DNA from: Bacteroidia bacterium
GTDB lineage: Bacteria; Bacteroidota; Bacteroidia; Bacteroidales; VadinHA17
Assembly (NCBI GenBank): GCA_026391215.1
Contig: JAPLDX010000090.1
Location: 37,222-101,221, forward strand
Reading direction: 5' to 3'
DNA: 64,000 nt
Positions 57,775-64,000 of this stretch are shown here, in pieces. The position numbers and the translations under genes were made by a program. The notes under the pieces were generated by a model. It was not told the DNA's origin and made no database searches. It was given only the letters and a program-made list of their open reading frames with translations. Positions within the stretch are counted from its first letter, which is position 1. Each line of letters begins with the position of its first letter.

Positions 57775-58551
57775 CTATTTTTCAAGATATTCTTTATTGA
57801 AAGAATATGTCAGACTAACATTCCAGAGAAACTCATTACCGGCAGCGATGTTTGTCTTAATTGGCTGGTTAATCATTGCAGAAACTGAAACCGGGAAATT
57901 CCTTCTGGCAAAAGTCAGTGTCGAGTTGATATAAGATCCATCAATGTTATCCATATTCAGATAATAGACCTGGGCATTGAACCTCATGTAAAGCTGATCT
58001 GAAATCCTTATATTTGAGAAGCTTCCTCTTACAGAAATCATCGTATTATTTTTGGTCAGCTCCTTTTCTATGCCATAAGAGTAAAGCAAATATGTGCCAA
58101 TACTTATATCTTTATTCAGGAAATAACTGGGAGCCAGCTCCCCGGCAAGGTAGCGGCGCACCACCATATGTTCTTCTGTAACTCCGTCAATCAGAAATGA
58201 ATAGGTTTTAAATGAAAGCGCCGGATGTGCACCAAGGTTAATGCGAAACTTGTCGGTTTGCAGCAGTTTATACCTCCACCAGAAAAGGAAAGACCAGGGT
58301 TTTCCTTCAAGAGCAAATCTTAATGACGGCTCAAAACTGAGCTTTCTTTTTCCCATTGACAGGTCAAAAATAGCTGCAGGCTTGCCCAGTGATAAGTTAG
58401 GTACCATGGAAATCCCTTTATTGGTAATTGTGACAGCTCCTCCAAAATAACCTGGAACCTTTGTACTATCTGCCGTTTGCGAAAATACCAAATGAGAAAG
58501 ACTGATAATGATAAGAAGCAGTAATGATTTTTTGATAAAGTTTTTTAACAT
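57775..58551 (-). CDS. Hypothetical outer-membrane beta-barrel protein
   Basis: Signal peptide; amphipathic strands; WNVSLTYSF near the C-terminus. Confidence 0.6.
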   Translation of the reverse strand: MLKNFIKKSLLLLIIISLSHLVFSQTADSTKVPGYFGGAVTITNKGISMVPNLSLGKPAAIFDLSMGKRKLSFEPSLRFALEGKPWSFLFWWRYKLLQTDKFRINLGAHPALSFKTYSFLIDGVTEEHMVVRRYLAGELAPSYFLNKDISIGTYLLYSYGIEKELTKNNTMISVRGSFSNIRISDQLYMRFNAQVYYLNMDNIDGSYINSTLTFARRNFPVSVSAMINQPIKTNIAAGNEFLWNVSLTYSFNKEYLEK

Positions 58552-58722
58552 CAGCTTGCAGATTAAATGTTTTCAATCTGCAAAATAAATTGAATTACTA
58601 ATTTCTTTGTAACAAATTTCAATTAAATCATCCGAACATTTCCAGCATATTCTTTAACTTTAAAAGATATTATGAAAAATATCTGCGGAAAACAGTTATG
58701 ACATTTTCAAAAATTTAAAAAT

Positions 58723-61239
58723 ATGAAGAAGCTGACATTATTTGGAATTATTCTGGCACTCTGCCTGGTATTAACCGAAAACTCAGGATGTAAAAAGTCT
58801 GACGCAAAGGAATTGTCAGGAACAATATCTTTTGACCAGGGATGGCGATTTCTGAAAGATAATCCATCGGATGCCGAGAATCCTGCTTTCGATGATACGA
58901 ACTGGAGAATCATTGATTTGCCACACGACTGGAGTATAGAAGACCTGCCGGGACAAGGCAGTGATAGTGTCATAGGTCCCTTCACAAAATCTGCCATCCA
59001 TAAAATGTCTACCGGATATGCCATCGGAGGCACTGCGTGGTACAGGAAGAGCTTCACCATAAACAAGAAGGATCAGGATAAGATTGCCTGCCTGCAGTTC
59101 GATGGTGTTTATATGAATTCTGATGTGTGGGTAAATGGAAAACATGTTGGCAATCATCCATACGGCTATACTTCCTTTTATTACGATATTACAGGATATC
59201 TGAATCCGGCAGGAGAGACCAATACCGTAGCCGTGCAGGTTAAAAATGAAGGCAGGAATACACGCTGGTATTCAGGTTCGGGCATATACAGGCATACCTG
59301 GCTTACTCTGGCGAATCCTGTCCATATCGGTATCTGGGGAGTTTATGTCACAACGCCTGAGGTTTCAGAGAAAAATGCAAAAGTTGAAATTATAACAAAT
59401 GTTACAAATTCAAAAAACGAGGATTCTCCGGTTACGCTTATGATTAAGTTAATTGATCCTTCAGGTCTGACAGTCGGAACCGCAACCATGGAGTCATTGA
59501 TACCTGCAGGAAAATCTACTGAAATAAAACAGAGTATCCCAATAGAGAATCCTGCACTCTGGTCAGTTGAGAATCCAAATCTTTATCAGGCTCAGGTAGA
59601 TGTATTTGTAAATAGTAAAAAAACAGATAATCTTAAAACTACTTTTGGGGTCCGCAGCATTCACTTTGATGCCCAAACTGGATTTACCCTGAATGGAAAG
59701 AGCGTTGAGTTAAAAGGAGGATGTTTTCATCATGACAATGGTCCGTTAGGTTCTGCAGCCATTGACCGGGCTGAGGAACGGAAGATAGAATTGCTGAAAA
59801 AAGCCGGATTCAATGCCATCAGGTGCAGTCATAATCCGCCCTCACCTTATCTTCTCGACGTATGTGACCGGCTGGGAATGCTGGTGATAGATGAGTTTGT
59901 AGATATGTGGGAAAGGCCAAAGGTATCTCCTGAAGATTATTCGAAATACATCAAGGCTCACTGGAAAGATGATCTGGCTTCCATCCTGCTTCGTGACCGC
60001 AATCATCCTTCGGTGATCATGTGGAGCATAGGGAATGAAATTATGGAAGCACCTGATACTTCCGGGCTGAGAATAGCTGGTCAGCTTGCTGCTGAAGTGC
60101 GCAGGCTCGATCCTACACGGGCGGTCACTGAAGCCATGGTCGATTTTGGATCTTTTGCAGGTGATAATACTGGATGGGATAAACAGACACCACACATGAA
60201 CCTGCTGGATGTTATCGGATACAACTATGGTTTCAACAAATATCAGGAAGATCATAAAAAATATCCCGAAAGGATCATATATGCTTCCGAATCCATGCCC
60301 CCGCTTTCTTTGGAAAACTGGCAAGCCAATGAAGAGCTGCCCTATGTGTTCGGCAACTTCACCTGGACAGCCATGGATTACCTGGGAGAAGCCGGAGTAG
60401 GATTGCCACGACTGATTGATATCCCAACCGGAAAGCCCGGCACAGGTTCAAATCCCATGGCTTTCATAGGACAGTTCTTCAGTCCCGATTCATGGCCGAT
60501 ATTCAATAATTTCCAGGGAGACCTTGACCTTATTGGTAACCCTAAAACGCCATATTATTACCAGCATGTGGTTTGGAGAGATAGTAAAATTGAAATTCTT
60601 GTACACCGGCCCATTCCTGAGGGCAAGACAGAGATCGTCAGTCTGTGGGGATTCCCCGATGAGCTGAAAAGCTGGAACTGGGAAGGCCATGAAGGGAAAA
60701 AGATGCAGGTTCATGTATATACCAGAAGTCAGCTTGTAAAGCTTGAATTAAATGGTAAGGTAATTGGTGAACAGAGCGTTGATGAAACCAAATCCATTAC
60801 AGCCACATTTGAGGTTCCTTTTGAAGCAGGGACACTTACAGCCCGTTGTTTTGACAATGGAGTGGAAACAGCATCGCAGACAATAAAAACCGTTGGTAAA
60901 CCGGCGGCCATCAAGGTAACCGCCGATCGATCCACTATCAAAACTAGCCGGAATGACCTGTCCTATGTGATGGTGGAAATACTTGATGCTGAAGGCAATG
61001 TAGTTCCCAATGCCGATGATATATTGGTGAACTTTGAAATAAGCGGCAACGGTGAAATTGCCGGTGTAGGCAGTGGCAGTCCAACAGATATGTCGAGTTT
61101 TCAGCAACCCCGCAAAAAAACCTGGCAGGGAAGATGCCTGGTCATCGTACGGCCAAAAGGAGAAGCAGGTAAGATTTTACTTACAGCAAGAGCAGAAGGA
61201 TTAAAAGATGCCGTCGCCGAGATTGTTACCCAGAACTAA
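58723..61239 (+). CDS. GH2 beta-galactosidase-like glycosidase (probable lipoprotein)
   Basis: LPHDWSIE, RWYSGSGIYRH, KGGCFHHDNG, RDRNHPSVIMWSIGNE, WTAMDYLGEAG. Confidence 0.93.
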   Translation: MKKLTLFGIILALCLVLTENSGCKKSDAKELSGTISFDQGWRFLKDNPSDAENPAFDDTNWRIIDLPHDWSIEDLPGQGSDSVIGPFTKSAIHKMSTGYAIGGTAWYRKSFTINKKDQDKIACLQFDGVYMNSDVWVNGKHVGNHPYGYTSFYYDITGYLNPAGETNTVAVQVKNEGRNTRWYSGSGIYRHTWLTLANPVHIGIWGVYVTTPEVSEKNAKVEIITNVTNSKNEDSPVTLMIKLIDPSGLTVGTATMESLIPAGKSTEIKQSIPIENPALWSVENPNLYQAQVDVFVNSKKTDNLKTTFGVRSIHFDAQTGFTLNGKSVELKGGCFHHDNGPLGSAAIDRAEERKIELLKKAGFNAIRCSHNPPSPYLLDVCDRLGMLVIDEFVDMWERPKVSPEDYSKYIKAHWKDDLASILLRDRNHPSVIMWSIGNEIMEAPDTSGLRIAGQLAAEVRRLDPTRAVTEAMVDFGSFAGDNTGWDKQTPHMNLLDVIGYNYGFNKYQEDHKKYPERIIYASESMPPLSLENWQANEELPYVFGNFTWTAMDYLGEAGVGLPRLIDIPTGKPGTGSNPMAFIGQFFSPDSWPIFNNFQGDLDLIGNPKTPYYYQHVVWRDSKIEILVHRPIPEGKTEIVSLWGFPDELKSWNWEGHEGKKMQVHVYTRSQLVKLELNGKVIGEQSVDETKSITATFEVPFEAGTLTARCFDNGVETASQTIKTVGKPAAIKVTADRSTIKTSRNDLSYVMVEILDAEGNVVPNADDILVNFEISGNGEIAGVGSGSPTDMSSFQQPRKKTWQGRCLVIVRPKGEAGKILLTARAEGLKDAVAEIVTQN

Positions 61240-61290
61240 TTTTCTTTCAATTATTTACGTATTTTCGGATTTGATACCTGAATAAAGACC

Positions 61291-62808
61291 ATGATCAATT
61301 TCAAGATTGATTTTATTCATCCTCTCAAGACCTGCTGGAACAAGATATCACAGAAAGGACTGAAGGATGAAATGGCTATCAGCGAACAAAAGAAATTAGT
61401 ACTTACTAATCAGGTAAGTATCCTGATGTTCCTGTTTATTTTTATCTACATAACAATTTTAACAATTTTTAATTTAGTTAAATCTCAGTTTAGCTTCCTG
61501 ATATACCCCTTGTCTTTTTCTATCCTGCTGATTCCGTATATGAACAGCAAGGGATTTTTCCGTTTAACATCTTTCATGATTTCCGTAAGTATTCCGGTTG
61601 CCGTCCTGATCTTTTCATCACTCACCAAGAAGAGTTTTCACGACAGTATTGACATTATTTACTTTTTTATACCAAGATTGCTTCTTCTGGGGGCACTTGT
61701 AATACCATTGATACTTATAGATATAAGTCACAAGGCAAACTTGATTTTAGCTGTCCTTATAAACCTGGCAGCGCTTATATTTTATGATTTTGTGATGGGT
61801 CTTTTCGGAGTTGGTTTTGGCAGCCTGCCTGTCACAGTCGGGAAATATCATTTTATTAATATTTTTATTTTCCTGCCATATTTTCTGATTTTATTTGGAA
61901 TTGCCTTTTTATTAAACATTAATATTAAGTATGAAAAGCGTGTGCAGGAGCTTATGGAAGATCTTAAGGAAAAGAATTCTGAGCTTGAAGGGCAAAAGAA
62001 CTATATTGAAAAGATACATCTTGAAATCACGGACAGTATTAATTATGCAAACCGGATACAGAATGCCGTCCTGCCTGATCACTCACTCCTGAGCCAGTAT
62101 TTCAGGGATTATTTTATCCTGTTCAAACCCCGGAATGTTGTAAGCGGAGATTTTTACTGGTTCTCAGGAGTTGGCAACAAAATTATATTTTGTGTTGCAG
62201 ACTGTACAGGCCATGGTGTTCCGGGAGCATTTATGAGCATGCTGGGAATTTCTTTCCTTCGTGAAATAATTACTAAGGAGCATTTGAATGAACCTTCAGA
62301 AATCCTCAATAAACTCAGGGATGAAATTATTATCGCACTTAATCAAAAGGGATTGCAGAGTGATCAGAAAGATGGGATGGATATCTCATTATTTTCTTTG
62401 GATATTCTACCACAAAAAAATGATTCAGGTGAGTTTTACGAATTTCTATGGGCAGGAGCCAATAATCCGTGCTGGATCGTAAAAAAAAGCAATTTAGAAG
62501 AACTCCTACCTGACAAAATGCCTGTTGGCATACATGACCACATGGACAGGTTTAAGACTATTAAAGTCCAGCTTAAAAAAGGTGATAAGATATATATGTT
62601 CACTGACGGATACAGGGACCAGTTTGGTGGCCCTTCCTCAAAAAAGTTCATGTCAAAACATCTTAAGGAATTGATCAATGAAAACTCTTCTAAATGTATG
62701 GTGAATCAAAAAGAGATTCTTGAACAAAAAATTGAGGAGTGGAGACTTGGATTCGGGATAAAACATGAACAAACTGATGATATAACGATAGCGGGGCTGG
62801 AGATTTAG
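61291..62808 (+). CDS. Membrane-bound SpoIIE/PP2C Ser/Thr phosphatase (SiaA/RsbU-like)
   Basis: About 6 TM helices, coiled coil, VSGDFYW, ADCTGHGVPGAFMS, DGMD, FTDGYRDQFGG, QTDDIT. Confidence 0.92.
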   Translation: MINFKIDFIHPLKTCWNKISQKGLKDEMAISEQKKLVLTNQVSILMFLFIFIYITILTIFNLVKSQFSFLIYPLSFSILLIPYMNSKGFFRLTSFMISVSIPVAVLIFSSLTKKSFHDSIDIIYFFIPRLLLLGALVIPLILIDISHKANLILAVLINLAALIFYDFVMGLFGVGFGSLPVTVGKYHFINIFIFLPYFLILFGIAFLLNINIKYEKRVQELMEDLKEKNSELEGQKNYIEKIHLEITDSINYANRIQNAVLPDHSLLSQYFRDYFILFKPRNVVSGDFYWFSGVGNKIIFCVADCTGHGVPGAFMSMLGISFLREIITKEHLNEPSEILNKLRDEIIIALNQKGLQSDQKDGMDISLFSLDILPQKNDSGEFYEFLWAGANNPCWIVKKSNLEELLPDKMPVGIHDHMDRFKTIKVQLKKGDKIYMFTDGYRDQFGGPSSKKFMSKHLKELINENSSKCMVNQKEILEQKIEEWRLGFGIKHEQTDDITIAGLEI

Positions 62809-62839
62809 TATTTTTGTAATATAATATATCAAAATTTAA

Positions 62840-63475
62840 GTGAAGATAAAATCTCTTTCCATACCTTATTTTTTTGTTGATTCCTTGCCCAATATCTTAA
62901 ATACTGATTGCAGGGAACTGCTTCGGTGTTGTGAAATCAGTGCAAATGCATCAGACATTTTCGTATGGTTAAAACAGCTGCGGATTGCACCTTACAGTTA
63001 TGATTTTATTGACAACAGATGCAGAAAATCACCTGATTATATAATTGAAAACCAGCCACCCCTAAAAGTCAACACACACTACCTGTTATCGTTTCATATA
63101 TTCGAATTCTTGGAAAATTCTTTTATAGCATGTCGTATCTGTGAACCCATTAATCAACCGCTTAACTTTTATATGAAGGATCTGTATATTGAATACAGGA
63201 TTGAAGAACAAGGAACTAAGGCTAAATTATGGTGTAAGATAAAAGGTTATTATAATAGCGATTTATCTTCAAAAGGATTCTATTTTATTTTTTCTATTCT
63301 TAATAAAATAATGATGACAAGGCAGCTAAAGAACATTAAAAAGTTATCTGAGCTATTAAATGCCAGAAAAGTTGTGACAAGAATCCATGATTTAAAAAGT
63401 TACCATCCTGAATCAGGAATATACTGGTGGTTCTTTTGCCGTCATCATAATTGCAAAGGATTAATAAATAATTAA
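62840..63475 (+). CDS. Hypothetical protein (SRPBCC-like)
   Basis: WLKQLRIAPYSYDFIDN...KSP and MMTRQLKNIKKLSE motifs, as I recall from SRPBCC-like hypothetical proteins. Confidence 0.5.
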   Translation: MKIKSLSIPYFFVDSLPNILNTDCRELLRCCEISANASDIFVWLKQLRIAPYSYDFIDNRCRKSPDYIIENQPPLKVNTHYLLSFHIFEFLENSFIACRICEPINQPLNFYMKDLYIEYRIEEQGTKAKLWCKIKGYYNSDLSSKGFYFIFSILNKIMMTRQLKNIKKLSELLNARKVVTRIHDLKSYHPESGIYWWFFCRHHNCKGLINN

Positions 63476-63493
63476 AACACAAATAAACTTTGA

Positions 63494-64000
63494 CTATTGA
63501 TTTTGCATGTCGCGATAAGCAGCTTCCATAAGCAGGAAAAAAGCCTGTCCTTCTGTCGCTGTTCCGGACTTATTAAAGTCTGGTGCTCCGCATACACCCT
63601 GTACAAGACCAAACGAATCAACTTTACTGTATGCTGCTTTGCGCATTTTCAAACCATATTTTAAATATGAGTTGTCAAGCCAGCCGCCTTTCACTCCACG
63701 GAAAATAGTATATGCAAGCATCTGTGCAGTATTTGTCTCGACAAAAGTTGAAGGATCATCCAGAATGTCATGGAAGAGGCCGTCTTCTCTCTGGTATTTC
63801 AGGCAACCATCAAGGACTTCCTTAATATAACCTGCAATAATTTTTTTTTCATCTGTCATTGAATCGGGAAGTGATCTTATTACTCTTGTCATTCCAGCTG
63901 CAGCCCATCCGTTTCCAACACCCCAGAAAAGCTTCCTTTCATATTTCTGACGATCCTGATCCCAGATATGATAATAAAGTTTCTTTCCCGGATCAAGCAG
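63494..64000 (-). CDS. GH105/GH88 unsaturated glycuronyl hydrolase, C-terminal part (runs off window end)
   Basis: Frame open to the window edge: LYYHIWD...FWGVGNGWAAAG, YQREDGLFH, FVETNTAQM, GQAFFL. Confidence 0.85.
   Translation of the reverse strand: MLDPGKKLYYHIWDQDRQKYERKLFWGVGNGWAAAGMTRVIRSLPDSMTDEKKIIAGYIKEVLDGCLKYQREDGLFHDILDDPSTFVETNTAQMLAYTIFRGVKGGWLDNSYLKYGLKMRKAAYSKVDSFGLVQGVCGAPDFNKSGTATEGQAFFLLMEAAYRDMQNQ

Noticed and set aside
1-64000. Prophage, IS element, defence system, rRNA or tRNA
   Set aside because: No integrase, transposase, capsid/terminase, nuclease or structural RNA signatures were recognised; the numerous short alternative ORFs are shadows of the assigned genes

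Overview
Chromosomal window from an anaerobic, polysaccharide-degrading Bacteroidota organism, most likely Bacteroidales. This rests on TAnnTTTG -7 promoter motifs, the general absence of Shine-Dalgarno sites, a TonB-dependent receptor and many CAZymes. No rRNA, tRNA, CRISPR array, integrase or transposase was seen. Contents in order: (1) a split cobalamin methyltransferase operon (corrinoid protein, pterin-binding methyltransferase, MetV-MetF fusion, AdoMet reactivation domain) running into a GH3 xylosidase, with a LacI-type operator upstream; (2) phospholipid-remodelling genes and a prolyl oligopeptidase; (3) a GH172 / Gfo-Idh-MocA / TIM-barrel / GH116 operon; (4) an ECF sigma factor, TonB receptor, SiaC and an ArnT-type glycosylation trio; (5) an AT-rich receiver-YaiO-HEAT-GT2-hemerythrin operon; (6) a GPH symporter with an extra inserted domain plus a frameshifted GH94 phosphorylase; (7) a frameshifted surface protein made of a phage-fibre-like head, a long acidic repeat stalk and a C-terminal beta-barrel; (8) a decay zone with several internally deleted or truncated gene remnants; (9) two GH2 enzymes, a LytS/LytTR pair with 21-bp-phased boxes, a tannase-like esterase, a PP2C phosphatase and a partial GH105. 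Two copies of a GC-rich palindromic REP/MITE-like element are present. The best novelty candidates are the sugar-regulated corrinoid demethylation operon, the head-stalk-barrel surface protein and the hemerythrin-linked exopolysaccharide operon. All family assignments come from motif recognition by eye, not from database searches.
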